A stretch of 64,000 nt of DNA from an uncultured Candidatus Binatia bacterium (GCA_965214605.1 OZ243961.1:3488001-3552000), one strand, 5' to 3'. Shown: positions 48,031-58,209, numbered from the stretch's first letter. Notes: a model not told the origin generated them from the sequence alone. Numbers and translations are program-made.

Positions 48031-48989
48031 TTCGTCCCCACCACTACTCGTACTCTCGCTACCTAGCGGCCAAAAAGAGCCTTGATGACCGCTCTCTCAA
48101 CCCCCGGGTGTGGCAGCGTTTTGCTGAGGCCCTGCCCCAGGCCGGCCAGGATCGCCCCCTGCGCTTGCTTGAGGTCGGAGCCGGAATTGGCACGATGGTC
48201 GAGCGAGTGTTGGAAAAGCGGCTGCTGAGCCGGGCGACCTATACCGCTATTGACGTGGAATGGGCCACTATAACCGAGGCCGCCCGTCGCCTCCCACGCT
48301 GGGCCGGTCAGCACGGATTTCACGTCAGCCAAGCCCCGCCGTCTCAAGACCGTTGTCGGCGGCTACGTTTTCAGTCTGGTCAAGAGGGTGGACAAGATAT
48401 TGCGGTCGAACTGGAAGCCGTTGAGCTATCGGCCTTTGTGCGTCGCGAACAGGGCAGACGGACCTGGGATGTCCTCCTCGCCCACGCCTTGCTCGATCTC
48501 GTTGACGTGCCGTCGGTTTTGCCTGGACTGGTGTCTGTTCTTTCGCCGGGTGGGGTGCTGTATTGCACCCTGACCTTTGACGGAGCGACTATTTTCCAGC
48601 CCCAGCTTGAGCCTCAGCTTGACGCCCAGATTGAAGCTTTGTACCACCGGACGATGGACCAGCGTCGTATCGCCGGCGTTCGGTCCGGAGAGAGTCGGGC
48701 CGGGCGACACCTTTTTGGCCATATGCGGACCGCCGGGGTCGAGGTGGTGGCAGCGGGCAGCTCTGACTGGGTTGTGTTTGCCGGGTCGGACGGATACCCG
48801 GCCGACGAGGCCTATTTTTTGCACTGCATTCTTAACACGGTCGAGACCACCCTGACCGGACATCCTGAGCTTGATGCCAAGCGCTTTACGGCCTGGCTGG
48901 CCCGGCGTCACGCTCAGGTTGAGCACGGCTCCTTGGTCTATATTGCCCATCAGTTAGATCTGCTGGGACGCCTAGGGACTCCCCCCTGA
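48027..48989 (+). CDS. Class I SAM-dependent methyltransferase
   Basis: YLAAKKSLDDRSLN, motif I LLEVGAGIG, HALLDL and LSPGG. ATGA overlap with the GT4 gene. Confidence 0.85.
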   Translation: MIRPHHYSYSRYLAAKKSLDDRSLNPRVWQRFAEALPQAGQDRPLRLLEVGAGIGTMVERVLEKRLLSRATYTAIDVEWATITEAARRLPRWAGQHGFHVSQAPPSQDRCRRLRFQSGQEGGQDIAVELEAVELSAFVRREQGRRTWDVLLAHALLDLVDVPSVLPGLVSVLSPGGVLYCTLTFDGATIFQPQLEPQLDAQIEALYHRTMDQRRIAGVRSGESRAGRHLFGHMRTAGVEVVAAGSSDWVVFAGSDGYPADEAYFLHCILNTVETTLTGHPELDAKRFTAWLARRHAQVEHGSLVYIAHQLDLLGRLGTPP

Positions 48990-49002
48990 TAACTCAGGGG
49001 GG
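48981..49002. terminator. GC-rich hairpin between the convergent operon end and tRNA
   Basis: CCCCCCTGA-taac-TCAGGGGGG (9-bp stem); no U-tract. Confidence 0.4.
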
Positions 49003-49011
49003 GCTGGGGAG

Positions 49012-49084
49012 AGCCACCCATCGGACTTGAACCGACGACCTGCTAATTACGAATCAGCTGCTCTACCAACTGAGCTAGGGTGGC
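49012..49084 (-). tRNA. tRNA-Thr(CGT)
   Basis: GCCACCC acceptor stem, TAGCTCAGTTGGTAGAGC D-arm, GCTGA-TTCGTAA-TTAGC anticodon arm and GTTCAAGTC T-loop. CCA is not encoded. Confidence 0.96.
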
Positions 49085-49133
49085 AGAGGGGATGAGCGTA
49101 GATGAAGAGGGATAAATGACGGCTGACAGAATG

Positions 49134-49781
49134 TCAATCGGCCCCGTATGACGGCTCGAATTCCGCCAACAGATCTTGGGCCGCTCGGCTCGGCTCGGCG
49201 ACGCTGCTCAAGGCCGAGATGAGGGCGATGCCGTATGCGCCGGCGGCACGGACCGCCGCGATCCGGCCGGTTTGTATACCGCCAATAGCAAAGAGCGGAG
49301 TTGAGCTGCGGCGGACCGCTTGGCGTAAGCGCTCAAGCCCTTGTGGCTCTCCGTACGCCGCTTTGGAGGGGGTGAAATACACCGGTCCAAAGACCACAAA
49401 ATCCGCTCCCTCGGCAGCCGCAATCTCGGGCGGAGAATGGGTTGAGACGCCGATCAGTTTGTCCGCGCCGAGTAACTGGCGGGCGGTGCGGACCGGAAAA
49501 GACGTCTGTCCAAGGTGGACCCCGTCGGCATCAACGGCGAGGGCAACATCGAGGCGATCGTTAATCAGCAGGCGAGCCGCGTAATGAGCGGTGAGGTCCC
49601 GTAGCCGAGTAGCTAACCGGTATAGCTCCCCACCCTCAAGATCTTTCTCGCGTAGCTGAATGGCGCGAACGCCGCCGTCTAAGGCGGCCCAGACGACGTC
49701 GGGCAAGGGCCGGCCGGCCGTCTGGTGGCGGTCGGTGACAAAATACAAGCGGAAGTCGAGCACTTTATTCGAGGAGCCCAT
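49134..49781 (-). CDS. thiE: Thiamine-phosphate synthase
   Basis: [39 protein letters not shown] and AIGGI. Confidence 0.93.
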   Translation of the reverse strand: MGSSNKVLDFRLYFVTDRHQTAGRPLPDVVWAALDGGVRAIQLREKDLEGGELYRLATRLRDLTAHYAARLLINDRLDVALAVDADGVHLGQTSFPVRTARQLLGADKLIGVSTHSPPEIAAAEGADFVVFGPVYFTPSKAAYGEPQGLERLRQAVRRSSTPLFAIGGIQTGRIAAVRAAGAYGIALISALSSVAEPSRAAQDLLAEFEPSYGAD

Positions 49782-50538
49782 CTAAGGGGCTTGAGGCTGT
49801 GGCGTACAGCTTCTTGGGCATACGCCCGGCCAAGAACGCTTTGCGCCCGGCCTGGATACTCAGCTTCATCGCTTCGGCCATCAGGATGGGATTTTTGGCC
49901 GCAGCAATCGCCGTGTTCATTAACACCGCGTCACAGCCCATCTCAAGGGCGACCGCGGCATCCGAGGCGGTCCCAACCCCTGCATCGACGACCACCGGCA
50001 CGGTACTGTTTGCACGAATAATCTGGATATTGTACGGATTACGGATACCTAGCCCGGAACCAATCGGGGCGGCCAGCGGCATAACCGCCGCACAGCCCAT
50101 GTCTTCGAGTTTTTTGCACGAGATCGGGTCGTCGTGAATATACGGCAGGACGATAAAGCCCTCGTTTACCAGCACTTGGGCCGCCTCGAGTGTGGCCGGA
50201 ATATCGGGGAAGAGGGTCTTGTCGTCGCCAATGACCTCCAACTTGACCATATTGCCAACCCCGGCCTCGCGCGCTAGACGGCAGGTCCGAATCGCGTCCT
50301 CAGCCGTGTAGCAACCCGCGGTGTTGGGCAGGATCGTGTACTTGGTGGGATCGATGTAGTCGAGGAGATTCTCTTTGTGCGGGTCGGTGATATTTACCCG
50401 CCGCACGGCGACGGTCACGATCTCAGCCCCCGAGGCCTCAATCGCCCCTTTGGTCTCGGTAAAATCTTTATACTTGCCCGTCCCCACGATCAGGCGCGAT
50501 TGGTACTCTTTGCCGGCAAGAATGAAAGGGTCCTTCAT
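49765..50538 (-). CDS. thiG: Thiazole synthase
   Basis: [36 protein letters not shown] and VDAGVG. Confidence 0.97.
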   Translation of the reverse strand: MKDPFILAGKEYQSRLIVGTGKYKDFTETKGAIEASGAEIVTVAVRRVNITDPHKENLLDYIDPTKYTILPNTAGCYTAEDAIRTCRLAREAGVGNMVKLEVIGDDKTLFPDIPATLEAAQVLVNEGFIVLPYIHDDPISCKKLEDMGCAAVMPLAAPIGSGLGIRNPYNIQIIRANSTVPVVVDAGVGTASDAAVALEMGCDAVLMNTAIAAAKNPILMAEAMKLSIQAGRKAFLAGRMPKKLYATASSPLDGLLE

Positions 50539-50578
50539 AGTCCACATACCCCGTTCTGTGTGCGTGAGCTGCTGCGTG

Positions 50579-50779
50579 CTATCCCCCACCCACAAAGTTG
50601 ACGACTTCAACCACATCGCCCGCCTGGAGGCGCTGCTGGTCATACTCAGCGCGGGGGATGATATCTCGGTTCACCTCAGCGGCAATGCGCTTATGGGCGA
50701 GACCCAAATCTTTGACTAAGTCCGCCAGCGTCCAGCCGTCCTGACACTCGCGCTCTTCGCCGTTAAGAACAATCCTCAT
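50579..50779 (-). CDS. thiS: Sulfur carrier protein ThiS
   Basis: 66 aa ending in EVVNFVGGG; directly upstream of thiG. Confidence 0.95.
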   Translation of the reverse strand: MRIVLNGEERECQDGWTLADLVKDLGLAHKRIAAEVNRDIIPRAEYDQQRLQAGDVVEVVNFVGGG

Positions 50780-50901
50780 AACTATTCTACCATATGCCTT
50801 CGCCTGCAGCTTGACAAGTCATCGCGGCCGTCTCTGGACAAGCCGTGGGGCTTTTGTTATGTCCCCTCGCAAAGACGGAGCGAGACGAGAGGGAGTAGTC
50901 T

Positions 50902-52485
50902 ATGCCGAGTGTCAGCCGGGCGCTGATCAGTGTGAGCGATAAACGTGGAGTGGTTGAATTTGCCCGTGGTCTGATTGCTCTCGGTATTGAGATTGTGTCA
51001 ACCGGTGGAACTGCCCAAGCCTTGTCCGAGGCTGGGGTGAGAGTTGTTCCGGTCGAGGACGTCACCGGTTTTCCGGAGATGCTTGATGGGCGGGTCAAGA
51101 CCTTACACCCGCATGTCCACGCCGGAATTTTGCACCGCCGTGATGATCCCGGTCATGTACGAGAGATGAACAAAAGCGGCCTACAGCCGATCGACCTGGT
51201 GGTCGTCAATCTCTACCCCTTCGAGCAAACGATCGCTCGCCCGGATTGCTCGTTTGCCGAGGCGATTGAGAATATTGATATTGGTGGGCCGTCGTTGCTG
51301 CGGGCAGCGGCCAAGAATCATGCCGATGTTGGGGTGGTGGTTGATCCGGACGATTATCCTCAGATCCTGACCGCTCTCCAGACCGGCGGCCTATCGGTTG
51401 AGCAGAGCCTTGAGTTGGCCAAAAAAGCGTTTCGGCTGACCGCACGCTACGATGCGGCAATCGCCGATTATTTGGGCGGTCTCAACGGTGACGAAGACGC
51501 ACCGTTTGGCGAGACCGTGCACTTCCAATACGTCAAAGTGCAAGACTTACGCTACGGCGAGAACCCCCACCAACGGGCTGCGTTTTATCGTGCTCCAGAG
51601 ATTCGGGAGGCGTGTATTGCCAATGCCCACCAACTGCAGGGCAAAGAACTGTCGTTTAATAATATCGTTGATGCCAACGCGGCCTTTGAGCTGTTGCACG
51701 AGTTTGATCGGACGGCGGCAGTCGCCGTTAAGCACACCAACCCGTGCGGCGTAGCCACGTCCGAGACCTCGCTGGCCGAGGCCTTCCGTAAGGCCCGGGC
51801 GTGTGATCCGGTCTCTATTTTTGGGGGTATTGTCGGGTTCAACCGTGAGCTTGATCCGGACACGGTCCGAGAGATTCTGGATTTATATCAACACGGATTT
51901 CTGGAGATTATCATTGCGCCGGGCTTTTCTGGGCAAGCGCTCGCCATGCTGGCCTCGTCAAAGCGGCTGCGGAATATCCGGTTGCTTGAAATCCCGTCTT
52001 TGGCCGATCCCCAGCCCGCCCGCTTCGAGGCTAAACCGGTTGTTGGTGGGCTGCTGCTCCAGGATCGCGACCGTGGTCGCATCCGAGTCGAAGACTGCCA
52101 GGTAGTGACCAAGCGCCGCCCAAGCGCCGAGGAGTATCGGGCCCTGGACTTTGCCTGGCGGATCTGCAAACATGTCAAGTCAAACGCCATCGTTCTAACC
52201 GGGCCGGATCAGATCGTCGGGGTTGGGGCGGGTCAGATGAGCCGGGTTGATTCGGCCAAGATCGCCGTGTCTCGGGCGCATGACTTAGGGCTTGAAACCC
52301 GCGGCTCGGTGGTTGGTTCGGATGCCTTTTTTCCCTTTCGTGACGGCCTCGATGTGACGGCTACGGCCGGGGCAACGGCGGTGATTCAGCCCGGCGGCAG
52401 CCTGCGCGATAAAGAAGTCATTGCCGCGGCCGACGAACACGGCATGGCGATGGTCTTTGCCGGCATGCGCCATTTTCGGCACTAG
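50902..52485 (+). CDS. purH: Bifunctional AICAR formyltransferase/IMP cyclohydrolase
   Basis: [40 protein letters not shown] and MRHFRH. Confidence 0.98.
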   Translation: MPSVSRALISVSDKRGVVEFARGLIALGIEIVSTGGTAQALSEAGVRVVPVEDVTGFPEMLDGRVKTLHPHVHAGILHRRDDPGHVREMNKSGLQPIDLVVVNLYPFEQTIARPDCSFAEAIENIDIGGPSLLRAAAKNHADVGVVVDPDDYPQILTALQTGGLSVEQSLELAKKAFRLTARYDAAIADYLGGLNGDEDAPFGETVHFQYVKVQDLRYGENPHQRAAFYRAPEIREACIANAHQLQGKELSFNNIVDANAAFELLHEFDRTAAVAVKHTNPCGVATSETSLAEAFRKARACDPVSIFGGIVGFNRELDPDTVREILDLYQHGFLEIIIAPGFSGQALAMLASSKRLRNIRLLEIPSLADPQPARFEAKPVVGGLLLQDRDRGRIRVEDCQVVTKRRPSAEEYRALDFAWRICKHVKSNAIVLTGPDQIVGVGAGQMSRVDSAKIAVSRAHDLGLETRGSVVGSDAFFPFRDGLDVTATAGATAVIQPGGSLRDKEVIAAADEHGMAMVFAGMRHFRH

Positions 52486-52486
52486 C

Positions 52487-53773
52487 ATGAGAGTTCTTGT
52501 CATTGGTGGTGGGGGCCGTGAACATGCGCTGGTGTGGAAGATTCACCACAGTCCGCGCGTGTCTCAGATCTATTGCGCACCCGGTAATCCGGGCATGGAT
52601 GACTTGGCTGAGCGAGTCGCCCTCACACCCGAAGACATTGCAGGTCTGGTGCGCTTTGCCCAACACCGGCGTATCGATCTGACTGTGGTCGGACCCGAAC
52701 TGCCGCTGAGTCTGGGTGTTGTTGACGCTTTTGAGGCGGCCGGGCTGCGTATCTTTGGTCCGCGGCGTCAAGCCGCGCAGCTGGAGGCGAGCAAAGCTTT
52801 TGCCCGGGAGTTGATGCACGACCAGGGGATCGCCTCACCCGCGTTTCACTCCTGTACTGACCCGGACGAGGCGCGTCGCTATGTGGCCAGTGTCGGCGCG
52901 CCGCTCGTTGTCAAGGCCGATGGTTTAGCTGCCGGCAAAGGCGTGGTGGTCTGCCCCACGCTTGAGGAAGCTTACGCGGCGATTGATCATATGATGCGGG
53001 CGCGGGCCTTTGGCACGGCCGGGGACCGCGTGGTGATTGAAGAGTTCCTGGAAGGTGAAGAAGTTTCGTTTCTGGCCTTGAGCGACGGCACAAGTGTGGT
53101 CCCGTTGGCGTCCTCCCAGGATCATAAGCGCGTTTTTGACGCCGACCAGGGTCCAAATACCGGCGGTATGGGCGCGTATTCTCCGGCTCCGGTGGTGACG
53201 CCCCAGCTGTCCGAACAGATTATAGATGAGATTGTATACCCTACCCTAGACGGGTTGAGACGGCGTGGCCTTGTCTACAAAGGGGTCTTATACGCGGGGC
53301 TGATGATAACCCAGGAGGGCCCCAAGGTGCTCGAATTTAACATCCGTTTTGGCGACCCGGAATGCCAGCCGCTGATGCTCCGTCTCAAGTCTGATTTGGT
53401 CGAGGTGATGGAAGCGGTGATTGATGAACGCCTCGACGAGGTATCCTTGGTGTGGGATGAGCGTCCGGCCGTGTGTGTGGTGCTGGCAGCCGACGGCTAC
53501 CCTGGCCGCTATGAAAAAGGTCATCCGATCATCGGCTTGGATACGCTCCACGACTGGTCGGCGGGAGTGGTCTTCCACGCCGGAACGGCAAAATACGACG
53601 ACGACTTTGTCACCAACGGCGGACGGGTGTTGGGTGTGACGGGCTGCGGCCGGGATTTTCGGGCGGCGCTAGCCGACACCTACCGCGCTGTTGAACGGAT
53701 TAGTTGGCCGGGCGTACACTACCGACGGGATATCGGTCGGTGGGCTCTCCGACGCGCTGACTCGCAGCACTAA
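52487..53773 (+). CDS. purD: Phosphoribosylamine--glycine ligase
   Basis: GGGGREHAL, VKADGLAAGKGV, QDHKR, GPNTGGMGAY and RFGDPE. Confidence 0.98.
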   Translation: MRVLVIGGGGREHALVWKIHHSPRVSQIYCAPGNPGMDDLAERVALTPEDIAGLVRFAQHRRIDLTVVGPELPLSLGVVDAFEAAGLRIFGPRRQAAQLEASKAFARELMHDQGIASPAFHSCTDPDEARRYVASVGAPLVVKADGLAAGKGVVVCPTLEEAYAAIDHMMRARAFGTAGDRVVIEEFLEGEEVSFLALSDGTSVVPLASSQDHKRVFDADQGPNTGGMGAYSPAPVVTPQLSEQIIDEIVYPTLDGLRRRGLVYKGVLYAGLMITQEGPKVLEFNIRFGDPECQPLMLRLKSDLVEVMEAVIDERLDEVSLVWDERPAVCVVLAADGYPGRYEKGHPIIGLDTLHDWSAGVVFHAGTAKYDDDFVTNGGRVLGVTGCGRDFRAALADTYRAVERISWPGVHYRRDIGRWALRRADSQH

Positions 53774-55065
53774 TGGCACAGATTCGACCCTTTCGCGGCA
53801 TCCGTTATAACCCGGCTGTGGCCGGCGACCTGCAAGCGCTCGTCTGCCCGCCGTATGATGTGATCTCCGAACACCAACAGACCCTGCTCCACAGCCAAAA
53901 CCCCTACAACGCGGTTCATCTTGACCTGAATCAGGCTGCCGAGCGCTATACCACGGCCGCCAAGCTGTGGCACGTCTGGCGGGACAAACGGGTCTTGATG
54001 CAGGATCCGGAACCTTCGCTGTACGTCTACAGCCAGGACTTCAGTCTGCCTGATGGCAGCTCGCGTCGCCGCACCGGGATCTTATCCGCCGTCCGGCTCG
54101 AAGAGTTCTCCAGCGGTGTCATTCGTCCCCACGAACAAACCTTTGAGGACGCCAAAAAAGATCGCCTGGCTTTACTCAGAGTGTGTCAGGCACAGCTCAG
54201 CCCGGTGTTTTTGTTGTACGCGCGTAACTGGTCGATTGAACGGGTATTGGCTGCGGAACTGACCACCCGGCCGATTATCGCCGTCACAGACGGACAGGGT
54301 AACCGACACACGGTCTGGCGGGTGACGAACTCGGCTCTGATCGCCGAAGTAGTAGCGGGTTTATCCGCGGAGTCATTGATTATTGCTGACGGCCATCATC
54401 GGTATGAGACTGCTCTACGCTATTGCCACGAAAACCTTGGGGCCCATACGGCACCCGACGCCGCATTGCGGTACGTCTTGGCGTATGTGACCAATGCCGA
54501 GGACGAAGGCGTGGTGATTCTGCCCACCCACCGCTTGGTTCACGACGCGCCCCTGCCGAGTGTGGATGAGCTGCGGGCTGTTTTCAGCAGGCACTTTTGG
54601 CTCCGGTCCTATGCCCGGGCTGATGAGTTCTTTGCTGCCTTACAAGATGATGTGGGTGACTCGGAGCGACGGATTGGCTGTATGCTAGCCGGTGCCGAAC
54701 AGTATTGGTTGTTGTCCTTTGATGAACGTATCAATTGGAACTCAGACAGATCTGCTGCCCTGCGGGCTATAGACGTGACAGTCCTACACGATGTACTTCT
54801 TCAGCGTATTTTGAACCTCACGCCCGAGCAACAAGAAGAAACGGTCTCATACACGAGCAGCGCACGAGAAGCCCTGCAAGCGGTGACCGAGCGGCGCTGT
54901 CAAGCCGCCTTTTTTCTAAACCCAACTCCGTATCAACAGGTTCAACAGGTGTGTATTGGAGGGGAGACCATGCCCCACAAATCAACCTATTTTTATCCTA
55001 AACTCTTAACCGGCCTGGTATTCTACAATCTTGCAACCAACGCAGGGGAATGGGCAAGGTTTTGA
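53773..55065 (+). CDS. DUF1015 family protein
   Basis: IRPFRGIRY, PPYDVIS, PHEQT, IADGHHRYETA, ILPTHR and MPHKSTYFYPKLLTG. Confidence 0.92.
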   Translation: MAQIRPFRGIRYNPAVAGDLQALVCPPYDVISEHQQTLLHSQNPYNAVHLDLNQAAERYTTAAKLWHVWRDKRVLMQDPEPSLYVYSQDFSLPDGSSRRRTGILSAVRLEEFSSGVIRPHEQTFEDAKKDRLALLRVCQAQLSPVFLLYARNWSIERVLAAELTTRPIIAVTDGQGNRHTVWRVTNSALIAEVVAGLSAESLIIADGHHRYETALRYCHENLGAHTAPDAALRYVLAYVTNAEDEGVVILPTHRLVHDAPLPSVDELRAVFSRHFWLRSYARADEFFAALQDDVGDSERRIGCMLAGAEQYWLLSFDERINWNSDRSAALRAIDVTVLHDVLLQRILNLTPEQQEETVSYTSSAREALQAVTERRCQAAFFLNPTPYQQVQQVCIGGETMPHKSTYFYPKLLTGLVFYNLATNAGEWARF

Positions 55066-55077
55066 ACCTTGCCTTTT
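55053..55077 (+). terminator. Putative intrinsic terminator of the purH-purD-DUF1015 unit
   Basis: GGCAAGGTT-ttg-AACCTTGCC followed by TTTT; overlaps the stop codon. Confidence 0.55.
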
Positions 55078-55107
55078 GACTTCAGAACCGGGGAGGACGC
55101 CTGTGGT

Positions 55108-55710
55108 CTAATAGCGGCGCCGTCCGCCTCCACGCCGCTCTGCCGGCCGGGCTTCGTTCACTTTGAGCACGCGTCCAAGCTGTGTCTGGCCGTCAAAGCG
55201 CTTGATGGCCGCTTCGGCCTCCTCTTTTGAACCCATCTCAACAAAGGCAAACCCTTTGGATTGACCGGTCCCGCGGTCCGTCACCAGACTGACGCTAGCC
55301 ACGGTTCCGGCTTCTTTGAGCAACGTCTCAACGTCTGAAGCGCTGGCACTATAGGGCAGATTGCCAACAAACAGCCGGGTCCCGCGTGAACGTGGTGGAC
55401 CGCCCGACGAGCGGCCGGCATCTCCTCCATCAGACCGTGGACCTCTGCCTCTCGGACCTCCGCGCATCAGGCTGGCTTCGTTGACAACGAGGTTCTTGCC
55501 CTCAATCTCGCGACCGTTGAGAGCCGTTATGGCGGCTTGGGCGTCTTCGTTGTTGGCCATCTCGACAAAGCCAAAGCCACGCGACCAACCGGTTGCTGGA
55601 TCGGTGATCAGCTCGGCCGTGGCGATCGTACCAAATGGGGTGAACAAGTCTTCCAATTCAGGAAAACACAGACGCGAGGGCAGATTTCCAACGTAGAGCC
55701 GTGTGCTCAA
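55108..55710 (-). CDS. RNA-binding protein with two RRM domains
   Basis: RNP2/RNP1 pairs LYVGNL/RGFGFVEM and LFVGNL/KGFAFVEM with a Gly/Arg-rich linker. TTG start follows GGAGG. Confidence 0.92.
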   Translation of the reverse strand: MSTRLYVGNLPSRLCFPELEDLFTPFGTIATAELITDPATGWSRGFGFVEMANNEDAQAAITALNGREIEGKNLVVNEASLMRGGPRGRGPRSDGGDAGRSSGGPPRSRGTRLFVGNLPYSASASDVETLLKEAGTVASVSLVTDRGTGQSKGFAFVEMGSKEEAEAAIKRFDGQTQLGRVLKVNEARPAERRGGGRRRY

Positions 55711-55758
55711 TACAACCTCCCTGTCTAATGCATAGGCCGACGGACATGAGTCTCTGGG

Positions 55759-56046
55759 CTACCAGCGCTCGCGGCCCTCACCGCGTGGTCCGCGCGGTTC
55801 CTTGGGTTTGGCCTCGTTGACCGTCAGCGGTCGTCCGTTCAGTTCGTATTCATGGAAGCGTTCTATGGCTGCCTGCGCTTCTTCATCAGTGCCCATTTCC
55901 ACAAAACCAAAGCCGCGTGAACGACCGGTAAATTTATCCATAATGATATTCACCGATGTCACAGCACCTGACTGAGCAAAGAGTTCTTCGAGATCTTGAT
56001 TGGTCGTGCTAAAGGGTAGATTTCCAACAAAAAGTTTGTTTGCCAC
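55759..56046 (-). CDS. RNA-binding protein, single RRM
   Basis: LFVGNL, RSRGFGFVEM and LTVNEAKP. GTG start follows GGAGG. Confidence 0.95.
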   Translation of the reverse strand: MANKLFVGNLPFSTTNQDLEELFAQSGAVTSVNIIMDKFTGRSRGFGFVEMGTDEEAQAAIERFHEYELNGRPLTVNEAKPKEPRGPRGEGRERW

Positions 56047-56065
56047 GTTTTTCCTCCGTCGTGGT

Positions 56066-56104
56066 AAAAAAAGGCCCGGGAACCTATGAGTGGGTTCCTG
56101 GGCC
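56066..56104 (-). terminator. Intrinsic terminator within the leader of the RRM genes
   Basis: GGCCCAGGAACCCA-CUCA-UAGGUUCCCGGGCC (12/14 paired) followed by U7, ending 19 nt before the start codon. Confidence 0.7.
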
Positions 56105-56160
56105 TTCGCTCTCGAACCAACTCACTCAGCGAATAGACAAAGTCAGCTAGTGACCACTCG

Positions 56161-56189
56161 ACTATAGCAAATTCTGATCGGTGAGACAA
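56161..56189 (-). promoter_or_regulatory. Sigma70-like promoter for the RRM genes
   Basis: TTGTCT-N17-TATAGT with a TG extended -10. Confidence 0.6.
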
Positions 56190-56251
56190 TGGAAAAGATA
56201 GAGGCGAAAGACCCCGGCCTGAGAAAAGCACGCTTTCTGTAGTACGGATAG

Positions 56252-56800
56252 CTATCCCTGAGCTTGGCTGGCAGCGGTAAACAGCTTGCGTATATCCCAC
56301 AGGACAACGGCGCCGACTAACACGACCTGGGGCGAATCGTTAATCTGGGCGTACAGGCTGCTCTGGACCGGATTACGGGTGCCGATCTGTAAGCGGCGCG
56401 TTTCCTGGCCGTTCAACTGGAGAGTAATTGAGGCCCGGGGCGGTTTGAGGCCGTATTCGCCCAGCTCTTCCTGTATCCCTTCGACGTCGCCAAGGTGGAT
56501 TAACTTGCCGAGATTGCTCAGAAAGTCTTGGACTGCCTCGGTACGGACCGACATCCCGGTTGCGACGAGGTGCCAGCCGTCTTGGCTGCGCTGGCAGACT
56601 AGGCGTTGCTGGTTATACACAAGCTCAATCTGGGTGACCTCTTCAGCCGTAAAGTTCAGGGCCGGGCGTTCTCGGTCAGCCACGGCTTGGGAACCACTGA
56701 GGGGACGGCTTCCGGGAGTGCTGAGATAGGTATAGCTGCCTAAGATCAGAGCGACTAGTCCCAGCACAATAACCCGCCGACTTTCTGCTGACGGCCTCAT
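56252..56800 (-). CDS. DUF4340 domain protein
   Basis: N-terminal TM, EYGLKPP and LQIGTRNP...YAQ; last gene of the Gld-like ABC operon. Confidence 0.75.
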   Translation of the reverse strand: MRPSAESRRVIVLGLVALILGSYTYLSTPGSRPLSGSQAVADRERPALNFTAEEVTQIELVYNQQRLVCQRSQDGWHLVATGMSVRTEAVQDFLSNLGKLIHLGDVEGIQEELGEYGLKPPRASITLQLNGQETRRLQIGTRNPVQSSLYAQINDSPQVVLVGAVVLWDIRKLFTAASQAQG

Positions 56801-58209
56801 CCGCGTTTTCTCCGTTGAACGGCAACAAATAGGCCGAGGGACAGGACCACGGCAGGTTCGAGGACGACCATCAACCAGAAGAAGCGATTCTTCTGCAACT
56901 CGGATAAATACAAGCTCTGGCGGGGAGTTGAGACCCGTTTTTGGTCGGGGATGCCGCCTGGGTTGCGGCCCATGCTAATCAGCTGTTGGCGTCCTAACAT
57001 CCAGCCGACTGTATTCATGAAGAAGTCGACATTGCCAGGAATACGGACATAAAAATTATTCACAAAGTCCGAATCGCCCAATACGACTAGTTTGCCCGAC
57101 CGTTCGGCACCGATCTCAGCGACCGCTGCGACCGGGATGGGGCCGCGTTCGTCCTCGCCCTCTTTGAAATACAGCCCCTCTTGTTCGGCACGGTCTCTAT
57201 TCTTGAGGGCCCAACTGCCCTCGCTGGAAAAGGCAAATGGGATGGCCTGGCCGTCCTGAACACGGATCGGACGGGTGTAGGGCAGAATTGGCGAGCCGCT
57301 TAAACGGCGCGGAAAAATTTCTTCGGCAAAATCCGAGATAATCGGCATCAGTGGCTCTCCACCCGCCACGCCGCGTTCTTCATCAATCACCACGTCTTCA
57401 TCAAGGCGCAACCCGAACTGAGTCAGGTAGGCGGACAGATGGGGCACGGTGAAGGGATCGAGCATCAAGAAGGTGTTACCGCCGGCTTCGAGATAGCCCG
57501 TGAGGGCCGTTAACTCGGCCGGCGCCAGATCTTCCTTGGGACCGCTGACAATGACGAGGTCGGCGTCGGGCGGGACCTGTTGTGTCTGGAGCAGAGCCAG
57601 AGGACGGACCTGATAGTTTTCGGTTTCCAGGACCTGCCGGACCACTCCATACCCGTTGCGTTCTTGGCTATCGCCCGGATTATTCTCGCCGTGACCAACT
57701 AGGAAGTAGACGGTTTTCTGACGCTGGGAGACGCGTAGCAGCGCGTTCAACATGCGTTCTTCGTCCACCATAGGGAGGGTCACCCGGTTGTCCGCCGACT
57801 CCAGAATGACCGTTCCGTAGGCTGTTACCCCATGGCGTTGGGCCAGACCCGGGGTGCGGTCCAGATCGTATAAACGGTACTGGAACAGCCTGTTTTCCTG
57901 GTGCATCAGGCTGAGCAGCTCATCGTGCTTTTCGCGGTCGCCGCGTCGGTAAAAGACGGTGGCTTGGATGGGGAAGGTGATAGTGTCCAAGATTTGTACC
58001 GTGATGGGAGCTAGGCTGTATTTTTGGCTGGGAGTGAGATCAAAGCGTACATTCCAACGGCTGAACAGGCTGCCCAGCGAAAAGACGATCACCAACACGA
58101 GCCCGATCTCAAGCCCTAACAGGCAGCCACGCCGAACGGTCTCTGCGCCCGGCCACAGACCAGTACCGAGGGTCGATACACCGAGGTCTTCTAACGTGTC
58201 CCGCGCCAT
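56797..58209 (-). CDS. GldG-like ABC transporter auxiliary component
   Basis: RFDLTPSQKYSL, VYFLVGHGE, LVVLGDSDF...NVDFFMNTVGW and C-terminal TM. Start uncertain. Confidence 0.85.
   Translation of the reverse strand: MARDTLEDLGVSTLGTGLWPGAETVRRGCLLGLEIGLVLVIVFSLGSLFSRWNVRFDLTPSQKYSLAPITVQILDTITFPIQATVFYRRGDREKHDELLSLMHQENRLFQYRLYDLDRTPGLAQRHGVTAYGTVILESADNRVTLPMVDEERMLNALLRVSQRQKTVYFLVGHGENNPGDSQERNGYGVVRQVLETENYQVRPLALLQTQQVPPDADLVIVSGPKEDLAPAELTALTGYLEAGGNTFLMLDPFTVPHLSAYLTQFGLRLDEDVVIDEERGVAGGEPLMPIISDFAEEIFPRRLSGSPILPYTRPIRVQDGQAIPFAFSSEGSWALKNRDRAEQEGLYFKEGEDERGPIPVAAVAEIGAERSGKLVVLGDSDFVNNFYVRIPGNVDFFMNTVGWMLGRQQLISMGRNPGGIPDQKRVSTPRQSLYLSELQKNRFFWLMVVLEPAVVLSLGLFVAVQRRKRG

Noticed and set aside
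17560-49084. Integrative element inserted at tRNA-Thr
   Set aside because: The accessory region abuts the tRNA 3' end, but I found no integrase, no duplicated tRNA 3' end and no mobility genes.
50780-50901. TPP riboswitch upstream of thiS
   Set aside because: No CUGAGA or ACCUG core is visible in the short divergent intergenic region.
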